In this document: piece by piece, positions 39,779-48,548 of the stretch
Layout of the letters: each line of letters begins with the position of its first letter
Numbering within the stretch: the first letter of the stretch is position 1
From: Candidatus Liptonbacteria bacterium
GTDB taxonomy: Bacteria; Patescibacteriota; Minisyncoccia; UBA6257; 2-01-FULL-56-20
Reading direction: 5' to 3'
Assembly: GCA_016186635.1 (NCBI GenBank)
Contig: JACPLI010000020.1
Coordinates: 3,548-67,547 of the forward strand
Length of the DNA: 64,000 nucleotides
Position numbers and translations under genes: made by a program
The notes under the pieces: generated by a model
Database searches by the model: none
What the model saw: the letters and a program-made list of their open reading frames with translations, nothing else
What the model was told of the DNA's origin: nothing

Positions 39779-40447
39779 TTACTTCAACCCCAAGATATTT
39801 TTAGCAATGGCCGGCACCTCGCGGCGGAAATATGCCTTTATTTCTCCCCACGTCGCCTTAAAGAAAAGGGTTGGCATAGGGTCGTCTTCCGCCTCCGTAA
39901 AATAAGTTAAGCTTTTGATGAAGTGCGGGAAGTTCAGATTTTTTGTTGGATAGTGTTCTTGCACGCGAGAGAGAATGTCGCAAAGCGGCTCCCGATTTTT
40001 GACATACCAGTACAGGTCAACAAAATCGCGCTTGCGGCAACGCTGACTGATTGCAATAATCTTCATCACCGCAATATCTTCCGGAGGAAGGATTTTAACG
40101 GTGCCGAAACGCGTGAATGTTCCTGAAGCGACGAAAAAGGGATAGGCGATAAAACTCGCTTTTGCTCCCGCATACTCTCCGTATAATGTGCCGGCGGTTG
40201 CCGATGTTGTGTTCCAATCGCCAGTTTTGAGAAGTACCCCTTCGAGCGCAAGCCGGTCAAACTCGGCTTCCGGCGTGAAAAAATCCAAATCAACGGACTG
40301 GCGATGTCCGACTTGCAGCGCGAGCGCCGTGCCCCCCGCGAGATACCAGCCGCCTCCGCGAAAAAGCGGCATCTTTGAGAATGTTTCAAGCGCGTGCTTG
40401 GTGTCCGCAGGCAATGCCTCAAAATGGAATCCATCAACTTGTTGCAT
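39779..40447 (-). CDS. AbiEii/AbiGii-type nucleotidyltransferase toxin
   Basis: YLAGGTALAL..GHR.S.DLDFF and K...R...RDF.D motifs. Confidence 0.9.
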   Translation of the reverse strand: MQQVDGFHFEALPADTKHALETFSKMPLFRGGGWYLAGGTALALQVGHRQSVDLDFFTPEAEFDRLALEGVLLKTGDWNTTSATAGTLYGEYAGAKASFIAYPFFVASGTFTRFGTVKILPPEDIAVMKIIAISQRCRKRDFVDLYWYVKNREPLCDILSRVQEHYPTKNLNFPHFIKSLTYFTEAEDDPMPTLFFKATWGEIKAYFRREVPAIAKNILGLK

Positions 40448-40464
40448 GGTGTGCGGTACCGTTA

Positions 40465-40719
40465 TCAAGCAAACACAAGTTTCCACAATGCTCGCGATTG
40501 CGGCTGCAGCACGCGAGAGGTGAGCACTACCTTCTTGATGAGCGACTTGGGATAATACGCCGCCATCCATCGCAACTCGTCGTCTCTTCCGAAATCCAGA
40601 ATCCGCTCAATCACATAGACCGCGTGTTTCTTCGGGTCAATCGTCTTCGGGTCAACGTCCCAAAAAAGCGATTGCCGAAATCGCATTGCGGGCGTGGCGC
40701 TTTTTTTCGCGACCTTCAT
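40465..40719 (-). CDS. DUF6922-like small partner protein (antitoxin candidate)
   Basis: LFWDVD and YVIERIL.FG motifs, upstream of the AbiEii gene. Confidence 0.8.
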   Translation of the reverse strand: MKVAKKSATPAMRFRQSLFWDVDPKTIDPKKHAVYVIERILDFGRDDELRWMAAYYPKSLIKKVVLTSRVLQPQSRALWKLVFA

Positions 40720-40868
40720 GTGTCGCCTATATTTTAGCATTTTTTACTCATTCTTTCTAATTTATTTCTCTCGGTTTTTTTGTTGCTCCGGATTCCGAAG
40801 TTGGACTTCCGGGAGGAAGGATTGTGATTGTACTTTCTTCCCTCTGATTGAGAAGCCGGAAGCGGGAT

Positions 40869-41300
40869 TTATTTTTCTTTTCCGACGAATGCGCGCACCT
40901 GCCGCGTATATTCCCCAAAATCGCCGTAGTTTTTCTTCGTATTTCGCACAAAGAGAGCCCTATCCAGTTTTTCGTATTGGTGCACAATCATGTTTCGCAC
41001 GCCGACAATCGGAGCTATTGTGAACGCAAAGTTTTTCTCTATCACATTCATCTCGCCAAGCAAGCGGAAGGTGCCCTCCAAATCGTCCGGCGCGCCAAGG
41101 TGTTTTTCCTTGATGATGTGCCGGTTGATATCTATCATGGCGTCAACTGCGAGCTGAAAAACCCGCTCAAGCGCGTGATATTTAACACTATCTTTCAAAA
41201 TATCGTCGTCCGAGAACTCGGCAACAAAGGGCTTTATTTCTCCCACATAACCTGCCAGCAGATGCAGCTTTTTCTCCACAAGCGCAAAATCGAGCGTCAT
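40869..41300 (-). CDS. HEPN/DUF86 (HepT-like) toxin
   Basis: RNMIVHQY (RX4H) motif. Confidence 0.9.
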   Translation of the reverse strand: MTLDFALVEKKLHLLAGYVGEIKPFVAEFSDDDILKDSVKYHALERVFQLAVDAMIDINRHIIKEKHLGAPDDLEGTFRLLGEMNVIEKNFAFTIAPIVGVRNMIVHQYEKLDRALFVRNTKKNYGDFGEYTRQVRAFVGKEK

Positions 41301-41698
41301 AGTTTTGAAAGCGTGTAATCAAGGAAATCCCTTCGCAGTTCAAACAATATTTCTGCATCATCGTAGTTCCGGAGCGCATATAAATATGCCTCGTTAAAAA
41401 GCGATTGACTTCGCTCATACAGCACCACCGCATTCGTCACGATCTGCTTCGCGAGAAGCGGGGGCGCAGTTTTCAGATTCACGAGCGACACCTTGTCGTT
41501 CCGAAAAACCTCCGTCAGGTCGAAATTCAAAAGCACCTCATCGTCAAACGAGAGTTTTTTGTCCGCGAGATATGCCACGTCCACATCGCTTTCCTTGTGC
41601 GTCTGCCCTGTTGCCTGCGAGCCGAAAAGCACGACCAACGAAAGGCCGTATTTCTCGGCAAGCGCGGCGATATGGGGTTGTGTTGATGCAATATTCAT
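41297..41698 (-). CDS. MNT (MntA-like) antitoxin
   Basis: LFGS.A.G...SDVD motif; overlaps the HEPN start. Confidence 0.9.
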   Translation of the reverse strand: MNIASTQPHIAALAEKYGLSLVVLFGSQATGQTHKESDVDVAYLADKKLSFDDEVLLNFDLTEVFRNDKVSLVNLKTAPPLLAKQIVTNAVVLYERSQSLFNEAYLYALRNYDDAEILFELRRDFLDYTLSKL

Positions 41699-41792
41699 GT
41701 GATTTCATCGTACCATGTTTCTCTAAATGCTCCAATAACCCTTATTTTATAATGGTTTCCGACTTGTCCTGAGCTTGCCGAAGGAGAGACGA

Positions 41793-41822
41793 TTGACAAG
41801 ATAGCATAAAGTATGCTATATT
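41793..41822 (+). promoter_or_regulatory. Sigma70-type promoter overlapped by a palindromic operator
   Basis: TTGACA (41793), TGcTATATT, inverted repeat ATAGCATA-AAG-TATGCTAT (41801-41819). Confidence 0.7.
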
Positions 41823-41859
41823 TACACCGTTATTTTGCAGTTCTTTCACACAGCAAAAT

Positions 41860-42348
41860 CGTTTGAACCCCGTTGTTGTACGAGAATAGCACCATGCTAG
41901 TCACTAAGTCCTAATGGCTAAGTTCTAGTGGCTGTCATTGAGCTATTCTCGTGTGAGCGTAGCCAGTATCTTCGCCTCCTGTCTCTTTTGAGAGAATGGA
42001 CGAACGGTATCGCGCTACCGCAACAGCGCATCTCCATTTCCGATGACCTCAGTGGACCGCTGGGTTCGAAACTCGGGCAATGCCCGAGTAATGGTGCAGT
42101 GGGATGATCAAACTGGAAGGGTTCCAGCACTCATCCTTTCCACCCATTACCATGGGGATGGTGGCGGGCAGGATGCCCGCTTCGTGCGGATTCAGATTGG
42201 AAAACCCCTCTATTTTTCGCCCGCAATGTAAAAATGTGCGGGCACGCCGAAAGGCAATGGAGACGACTGAATCCTGTAGATTCGGTCAGGTGGAGCCCTG
42301 AGCTACGTCGAAGGGCTCCACCAATCTCTACTGTTCTCGGTTCCAACG
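41860..42348 (+). ncRNA. Large multi-domain structured RNA candidate, family not recognised
   Basis: Closing stem CGTTTGAACC/GGTTCCAACG with many nested internal helices; follows a promoter and a boxA-like motif. Confidence 0.65.
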
Positions 42349-42394
42349 AGGGAGTTACATTTCTTCCTAAAAATAAAAAATTGAAAACATTGAT

Positions 42395-42468
42395 GGGGCG
42401 AAAGAGTCAAAAACTCAATCGCCCCGCTCAATTGAGTCCATAAGCGAAAGTTTGTGGATTCATAGAGC
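42395..42468 (+). repeat. RNA-motif repeat copy 1 (invariant TCGCCCCGCTCAATTGAGTCC)
   Basis: 21-mer at 42419-42439 with variable hairpins on both sides. Confidence 0.85.
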
Positions 42469-42667
42469 AAGCAGTTCTTTCAAATCAATAAAATTGGAAT
42501 CTGGAAGAATTCGTTGCTGCACTTGTAGGAAGCGCAAAGATTATCAAAATAGTTTTTGCGCTTCCTATGAGGAACGCAGGCGATATCGGCGGGCCGCAAA
42601 CATGCCGATAAACTTCACGCCCACTGGAAAGGCGCTATGCCAAGTCCTACGGGCACGAGGAGATAGT

Positions 42668-43429
42668 ATGGAAAATAACCAGCAGAATCAGTCGTATCGG
42701 GTATTCACCATCAATTCCGGGAGCATCACCGAAGGCGCGCCGGTTCAGATGGTGAAAATCGCGCAAGGGACAGTTGAGATTTTCGCGGTCACGGTCGGGG
42801 AGAGTGGCCGTGGGCGCCAACTCGGTATGGTCCCGGTGGACCGGCCGCCGCACACGGCTTGCTCGAACCGGAATCGAGAAATGTCCGGCGAAAAGTGCGA
42901 CAAATGCGGTGTCGCGCTTGAGAATGGCAAGCACCCGGACAAAGGAGAGGTGCCGGGGCGGCTCATGTTCGCGGAGTTGGGGCAGACAAAGTCCGGGAAA
43001 CCCAAACTTTTCTCGAAACCGTCGGCGACTTCGGATGAAAAGGTCATCGCTGTTTTCAGTACGATGATTGGTTTCCGGGGCGGCAATTCGCATACCGGAG
43101 ACCGCGCGGGGTGGACTTGTTCGTGCGGTGAGTCTGCTGACACCGCCAGGCCGGAAAAGTGCCCCAAGTGCGGTGGGACTGAAGGTCTGAAGAATAAATT
43201 CGCGCAGTTTCCTGGTGAGATTATCTGCCAGGGTACCATCGCCGAAGGAGACGCGGGGCGGATGGGGAGCGGCGAGCAGCTCGTCGCGTTCATGCCGAAG
43301 GATGTGGTTTTCCGAACATCCTACTCGGGGCGGCTCTATGGGAAGCCGGGTGCCCACTATTACAAGTGGACTGGCGAGAAATTCCTCGCCGCCACGTGGG
43401 AAGATCGGTCGGCGGCGGATCTGTTCTAG
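42668..43429 (+). CDS. Orphan protein with two zinc-ribbon-like inserts
   Basis: GAGGAG ribosome site, ATG 42668, CDKCG and CSCG...CPKCG. Confidence 0.8.
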   Translation: MENNQQNQSYRVFTINSGSITEGAPVQMVKIAQGTVEIFAVTVGESGRGRQLGMVPVDRPPHTACSNRNREMSGEKCDKCGVALENGKHPDKGEVPGRLMFAELGQTKSGKPKLFSKPSATSDEKVIAVFSTMIGFRGGNSHTGDRAGWTCSCGESADTARPEKCPKCGGTEGLKNKFAQFPGEIICQGTIAEGDAGRMGSGEQLVAFMPKDVVFRTSYSGRLYGKPGAHYYKWTGEKFLAATWEDRSAADLF

Positions 43430-43480
43430 GTTCCAATCGGGAGAAGGAAAACTTCCTAAAAACAAACCAAAAAACATTTA

Positions 43481-43563
43481 GCGGGCGATTGGGAAAACCT
43501 GATCGCCCCGCTCAATTGAGTCCGTCGCGCCGTGAGTACGGAATGCGGTGGCCTCAACAGAGT
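43481..43563 (+). repeat. RNA-motif repeat copy 2
   Basis: 21-mer at 43503-43523. Confidence 0.85.
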
Positions 43564-43583
43564 GGTTGCTACTTTACAACTTT

Positions 43584-43916
43584 ATGAAAAGAATAATCGT
43601 CCAAAAGGCGACGGATTTCTGGCCAACCTACGACCCTAAGAAATGGGTTGCCTTCGAGGAGGGGAAAAACCCATCGGAGGGGAGTACGGGCAGTACTTTT
43701 GGGTTGGCGGCCATGGCGCTCGCTGCGAACGTGGCCGATGAGAGCGAAATACCGCCGATGCAGGTACGCATCACGGTAACGCTCAATCGGCCAAGGGATG
43801 CGGTACTCATGGTTTGGAAGTTTTTCCTCGCTTTTCTGAAGCTGCTATTTGGGGAAAAGCAGATTCGGATAAGTATGGATCCCTTGTCGATGTTTGTCGA
43901 CAAGGTACAGCGTTGA
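43584..43916 (+). CDS. Small orphan protein
   Basis: ORF filling the space between repeat copies 2 and 3. Confidence 0.6.
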   Translation: MKRIIVQKATDFWPTYDPKKWVAFEEGKNPSEGSTGSTFGLAAMALAANVADESEIPPMQVRITVTLNRPRDAVLMVWKFFLAFLKLLFGEKQIRISMDPLSMFVDKVQR

Positions 43917-43923
43917 AATTTTT

Positions 43924-44000
43924 GCGGGCGAGTGGTTCTATTCCATTCGCCCCGCTCAATTGAGTCCGAGAGTGAAAGATTCTCGCGAGCTGAACAGAGC
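43924..44000 (+). repeat. RNA-motif repeat copy 3
   Basis: 21-mer at 43947-43967. Confidence 0.85.
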
Positions 44001-44038
44001 GATTTAAAAATAAAAACGTGAAAGGAGGTGAAAAGCAA

Positions 44039-44302
44039 ATGCTGAAAATCCCGAAAAACGGGGCGGAAATCCAAACGGTCAAAGGGATACAATATCTCGT
44101 TGCCCGGCTGGATGCGCAGAAAACCTGCGCGGACTACCTGAACGCGCTTCGGAGAGGAGAGACCGTGGTTGTGCCGCTTTCAAAAAGGACACATCTCACG
44201 GGGCTTCTTAAGAGGGAATCCATTTTTACTCGGCAAAAGACACTTGTTGCCGGGAAATGGATCTCTTTCACTCCGTGTGAAGAAAGGGAGTTCAAGCCTT
44301 AA
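44039..44302 (+). CDS. Small basic orphan protein
   Basis: Strong AAAGGAGGTG Shine-Dalgarno before ATG 44039. Confidence 0.7.
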   Translation: MLKIPKNGAEIQTVKGIQYLVARLDAQKTCADYLNALRRGETVVVPLSKRTHLTGLLKRESIFTRQKTLVAGKWISFTPCEEREFKP

Positions 44303-44362
44303 CTGCGGCTTTGGCACGCGGGGCAGAGCGACTGCCTGGCAACGGAATTGTCGCAAAAATTT

Positions 44363-44394
44363 GGAGGTGCAAAAACGCACCTCCTTTTGCTTTT
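44363..44394 (+). terminator. Intrinsic terminator closing the ncRNA/orphan unit
   Basis: GGAGGTGC-AAAAAC-GCACCTCC followed by T runs. Confidence 0.8.
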
Positions 44395-44420
44395 TATACG
44401 ACGGGGTATACTCCAAGCGC

Positions 44421-45761
44421 ATGACTGATTTTGACCTGCCTGCTGGCAGGCAGGGAAAATTAAAAGACAAAGTGATACATGATTTTCCGGAGACGCCGGG
44501 GGTGTATACGATGCGGGGTGCAACAAAAAAGGTGCTTTACATCGGCAAAGCGGGAAATTTGCGGCGGCGGGTATCAAGCTATTTTCTACGCGCACACGAC
44601 GCGCGAATCGAGCGACTGATGCAGGAAGTGCGGGAGATTAGCTACGAGGAAACGGATACCGCGCTTGAGGCGCTCATTCTCGAGTCAAAACTCATTAAGG
44701 AAAAGCATCCGGTTTATAACATCCGCGAGCAGGATGACAAAAGTTTTCTCTATGTGGCGATTACGCGCGAGGCGTTCCCGCGGGTGCTCCTCGTGAGAGG
44801 AAAAGATTTCAATGCGGGAAGGATTAGCCTTCTGAAGGAGGCTAAGCCTTCCAAAGCATTCGGGCCATTTACCTCCGGCACGAGTATCCGCGAGGCGCTA
44901 CGGATTTTGAGAAGGATATTTCCGTGGAATACGCATAGGTTAGAAGGTGGAAAGGTGGAAAGGTTAGAAGCGGAGAAGCGGCCATGCTTCGATTACGAAG
45001 TGGGCTTGTGCCCGGGGACGTGTATCGGGGAGATAGATAAAAAAGAGTATCGCAAAAATATACACCGCCTCATAGACGTTTTTGAGGGAAAGAAGAAACG
45101 AGTGTTACTCGGGCTGGAGCGCGAAATGAAGAAAGCGAGTAAAGCGTTGGAATTTGAGAACGCCGCAAAACTGCGGAAACAGATTTTCGCGCTGAAGCAC
45201 ATACAGGATGTGGCGTTACTGAATCAAGATGCCCCAAGGTTTAACCTTGAGGATTCGAAGGTTAAACCTTCGATACGGATTGAAGGATATGACATCTCGA
45301 ACATTTCCGGGACTTCGGCGGTGGGTGCGATGGTAGTTTTTCTAAACGGGGAGCCGGCGAAAAGCGAGTATCGGAAATTTAAGATTTGCACGGTTGCGCA
45401 ATCCGATGATATCGGGATGCTCGAAGAGGTACTGCGAAGGAGGTTTAGGAGACATGGGGCGGAGGATGTTAAGGTTCAACCTTTCGGCACATCAAGGTTG
45501 AACCTTTGGGCGATGCCGAATCTTATTTTGGTTGACGGCGGGAGGGGACAAGTGAACGCGGCGCGGGAGGTGCTTGCAGAGGCGGAGCTCCGAATCCCGC
45601 TCGTGGGCATTGCGAAGGGACCGGAACGGAAAAGGAATGATGTCATCGGCAGAGTTCCAGTGGGGGTCTCGCTCGCCACGCTCATCAGAGTCCGCGACGA
45701 GGCACACCGGTTTGCGATTCGGTATCACAGAAAACTCCGAAGAACCAGGGCGTTTGAGTGA
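44421..45761 (+). CDS. uvrC: Excinuclease ABC subunit C (short, no C-terminal HhH)
   Basis: PGVY, YIGKA, ALILE, EGYDIS, DGG.GQ and RDEAHRFA motifs. Confidence 0.95.
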   Translation: MTDFDLPAGRQGKLKDKVIHDFPETPGVYTMRGATKKVLYIGKAGNLRRRVSSYFLRAHDARIERLMQEVREISYEETDTALEALILESKLIKEKHPVYNIREQDDKSFLYVAITREAFPRVLLVRGKDFNAGRISLLKEAKPSKAFGPFTSGTSIREALRILRRIFPWNTHRLEGGKVERLEAEKRPCFDYEVGLCPGTCIGEIDKKEYRKNIHRLIDVFEGKKKRVLLGLEREMKKASKALEFENAAKLRKQIFALKHIQDVALLNQDAPRFNLEDSKVKPSIRIEGYDISNISGTSAVGAMVVFLNGEPAKSEYRKFKICTVAQSDDIGMLEEVLRRRFRRHGAEDVKVQPFGTSRLNLWAMPNLILVDGGRGQVNAAREVLAEAELRIPLVGIAKGPERKRNDVIGRVPVGVSLATLIRVRDEAHRFAIRYHRKLRRTRAFE

Positions 45762-45849
45762 TGCCCGGAACGAGCGCTTTTCATACTTACCCATTCGCAC
45801 GAATGGGTAAGTGTGAATTGGAGATTTTGACTCGTGGTATGCTGAAGGA

Positions 45850-46425
45850 ATGGCAGTTCTCGCAAATTCGTTGAGCGATGCGGGGGTTGTGCGGGTTCTT
45901 AGAGTTGGCGGCGTGGCGGTGATTCCGACGGACACAATTTACGGCATCGTGGGATCGGCGCTCCGCGAGAAAACAGTCGTGCGCATTTACAAACTGCGGA
46001 AGCGGAACCCAAAGAAGCCGCTCATCGTGCTTATCGGGTCGCTCCGTGAGCTTTCGCGCGTTGGGGTGCGTCTTGGGGCGCTTCGCCGTCCTCTGTTCCG
46101 ATTCCTACGGGGTGTGTGGCCCGGGAGGGTGAGCGTGGCATTGCCTGTCAAAAGCAAGAAATTCGGATACCTCCACCGAGGGACGGGATATATTGCCTTC
46201 CGCGTGCCAGCAAAGAAAGCGTTGCGGGAACTGCTTATGAAAACCGGGCCGCTCGTGGCGCCAAGTGCGAACGTCGAGGGAAAATCTCCCGCGACGACTC
46301 TTCGCGAAGCGCAGAGGTACTTTGGAGATAGGGCGGATTGCTATGTGGATGGAGGAAAAGTAATGCGCAAGCCCTCGACGCTTGTGAAGATATTGGAGGG
46401 GAAGCCGGTGGTGATACGAAAATAA
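45850..46425 (+). CDS. tsaC: L-threonylcarbamoyladenylate synthase (TsaC/Sua5)
   Basis: PTDTIYG, K.R..KP, WPG and PSAN motifs. Confidence 0.92.
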   Translation: MAVLANSLSDAGVVRVLRVGGVAVIPTDTIYGIVGSALREKTVVRIYKLRKRNPKKPLIVLIGSLRELSRVGVRLGALRRPLFRFLRGVWPGRVSVALPVKSKKFGYLHRGTGYIAFRVPAKKALRELLMKTGPLVAPSANVEGKSPATTLREAQRYFGDRADCYVDGGKVMRKPSTLVKILEGKPVVIRK

Positions 46426-46523
46426 TAAGGAGTATTCGCGCCGTGCCTGCCGGCAGGCAGGAATAATGCTAATATAGATTCAATAATGCGAATCCATTCG
46501 CGTTATTGGCGATTACTCCTCTT

Positions 46524-48170
46524 ATGCTCGCTGACGAACTCCGGAAAATAATCAAGGGCGACGCGGAAGCGGACGACACGACGCTTGAGAAATACAGCCG
46601 CGACTTTTCGATTTTCAAGGTGGTGCCGGAGGTGGTGGTGTTCCCGAGGGACACCGAAGACGTGAAAGCGCTGGTGAAGTTTGCGAGCGCGGCGCGGAAA
46701 AGAGGAAGGAAAATCTCATTGACGGGGCGCGCGGCGGGCACGGATATGACGGGCGGGCCGCTTACGGAATCCGTGGTGGTGGACTTCACGCGGCACATGA
46801 ATCGGATTAAGGAAATCGGCAAGGATTATGTGGTGGTGGAGCCGGGAGTGTACTATCGGGACCTCGAACCGGAGCTTGCGCGCCGGGGGCTCATGTATCC
46901 GGCGTACCCCGCATCGAAGGATTACTGCGCCATCGGCGGCATGGTGATGAACAATGCGGGAGGCGAGAAGACGCTTCTCTACGGCAAGACCGAGCAGTAT
47001 GTGGCGCAAATAAAAATGGTGCTCGCGGATGGGGAGGAGCATGTGATAAAGCCCATGTCGCGCGGCGCGCTTGAGGAATGCGCGGGAAAGCGAGATTTCG
47101 AGTGTGCGGCATGGAGAAAGCTCCGGCGGATGCTCGAGCGGCGCGCGAACGCGATTGCGGCGGCGCGCCCGGACACGTCAAAGAATTCCTCCGGTTATTC
47201 GCTCTGGAACGTGTGGGACGGGAATACCTTTGACCCGGTGAAACTTTTCGTGGGCTCGCAAGGGACGCTTGGGCTCATGACAGAGGTAAAATTGCGGCTC
47301 GTGCCGAAGCCGGCGCACACCCAGCTTGTAGTGCTTTTCCTGCGCGATATCGAGCGCATCGGCGACCTCGTGAACGAGATTCTCAAAGTGAAACCGGAGA
47401 GCATTGAGTCCTACGACGACAAGACGCTCGGCGTGGTGCTCCGTTATCTTCCCAGTTTCATTTGGTCCATGAAAGGGGATTTCCTGAAGCTTGCATGGAG
47501 TTTCCTTCCAGAGGTGGGGATGATGCTTCGCGGCGGGGTTCCGAAGATGATTCTCTTGGTGTCGCTCACTGCCGATACAGAACAGGAACTTCATGCGCGC
47601 ACCATCAAGCTGGTGCACATGGTGCGGCGGGAGTTCCGGCTCCCTGTCCGCGCGGTGCGCGATAAGGCGGAAGAGGAAAAGTATTGGACGATTCGGCGCC
47701 AGAGCTTTGCGCTCCTTCATGGGCACATCAAGGACCGCGACACCGCGCCCTTCATTGATGACATCGCGGTACAGCCGCGGCACCTCCCTGAATTTTTGCC
47801 GAAGCTCAATGCGATTCTTGAGCGCTATAAAGACAAGCTTATCTATACGATTGCCGGGCACCCGGGGGACGGAAACTTCCATATTATCCCGCTCATGGAT
47901 TTGAAGAATCCAAAAGTGCGCGCGCTCATTCCCGCCATTTCCGATGAGGTATATGCGCTTGTGCTGCGCTATCGCGGCTCTATCACTGCCGAGCACAACG
48001 ACGGCATCATCCGCACGCCCTACGTAAAGGAGATGTATGGCAGGGAGGTGTACGCGCTCTTTGAGGAGGTGAAGCACACTTTCGACCCGCAGGGCGTTTT
48101 CAACCCTGGAAAGAAAGTGAGAGGGACGCTCAAATATGCGCTCGAGCATATCAGGAGTAATCGCGAATAA
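46524..48170 (+). CDS. FAD-binding oxidoreductase (GlcD/D-lactate dehydrogenase-like)
   Basis: P.VVV.P, GSQGTLG, GH.GDGN.H, AEH.DG and FDP.GVFNPGK motifs. Confidence 0.9.
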   Translation: MLADELRKIIKGDAEADDTTLEKYSRDFSIFKVVPEVVVFPRDTEDVKALVKFASAARKRGRKISLTGRAAGTDMTGGPLTESVVVDFTRHMNRIKEIGKDYVVVEPGVYYRDLEPELARRGLMYPAYPASKDYCAIGGMVMNNAGGEKTLLYGKTEQYVAQIKMVLADGEEHVIKPMSRGALEECAGKRDFECAAWRKLRRMLERRANAIAAARPDTSKNSSGYSLWNVWDGNTFDPVKLFVGSQGTLGLMTEVKLRLVPKPAHTQLVVLFLRDIERIGDLVNEILKVKPESIESYDDKTLGVVLRYLPSFIWSMKGDFLKLAWSFLPEVGMMLRGGVPKMILLVSLTADTEQELHARTIKLVHMVRREFRLPVRAVRDKAEEEKYWTIRRQSFALLHGHIKDRDTAPFIDDIAVQPRHLPEFLPKLNAILERYKDKLIYTIAGHPGDGNFHIIPLMDLKNPKVRALIPAISDEVYALVLRYRGSITAEHNDGIIRTPYVKEMYGREVYALFEEVKHTFDPQGVFNPGKKVRGTLKYALEHIRSNRE

Positions 48171-48263
48171 TGCGAATGGGGGCAAATAATGCGAATGAAG
48201 AAGCATAAGAAGAAATAATTTGCATTATTGAAATTACAATTTGCATTATTCGCGATTACTCCC

Positions 48264-48548
48264 ATGGAGGCGCCGAGCGCGTTCAAGATAAGGATTTTAG
48301 GGCGTGTGCAGGGCGTGGGATTCCGCTATGCGGCATATAAGGAAGCGGTGCGCCGCGGCATTCGGGGTTTTGTGAGGAACGAGCGCGACGGGAGCGTGTA
48401 CATGGAAGTAGAGGGAAGTCGTGAAATACTTGACGCGTTCACCGAGTGGTGCAGGAAGGGATTTCTTGGCGCGCATGTTGAGAAGGTGATTACGGAGGAA
48501 GCGCCAGTTCGTGGTTTTCAAAAATTCGAGATACAATCACTCATATGA
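48264..48548 (+). CDS. acyP: Acylphosphatase
   Basis: GRVQGVGFR and GFVRN..DGSV motifs. Confidence 0.95.
   Translation: MEAPSAFKIRILGRVQGVGFRYAAYKEAVRRGIRGFVRNERDGSVYMEVEGSREILDAFTEWCRKGFLGAHVEKVITEEAPVRGFQKFEIQSLI

Noticed and set aside
42043-42231. 62-aa ORF inside the large RNA candidate
   Set aside because: No ribosome-binding site or recognisable motif, and it crosses extensive pairing; not fully excluded.
42154-42323. tmRNA, suggested by GGGGATG and CTCCACCA
   Set aside because: The two ends do not form a matching acceptor stem, there is no T-loop before CCA, and the CTCCACC is paired in a local hairpin.
42419-43967. CRISPR array from the three identical 21-mers
   Set aside because: Spacing is hundreds of bases and irregular, whole ORFs lie between copies, and no cas genes are present.
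42395-44000. Integron attC cassette array
   Set aside because: No RYYYAAC...GTTRRRY core pair brackets the repeats and no tyrosine recombinase is in the window; kept only as an analogy.
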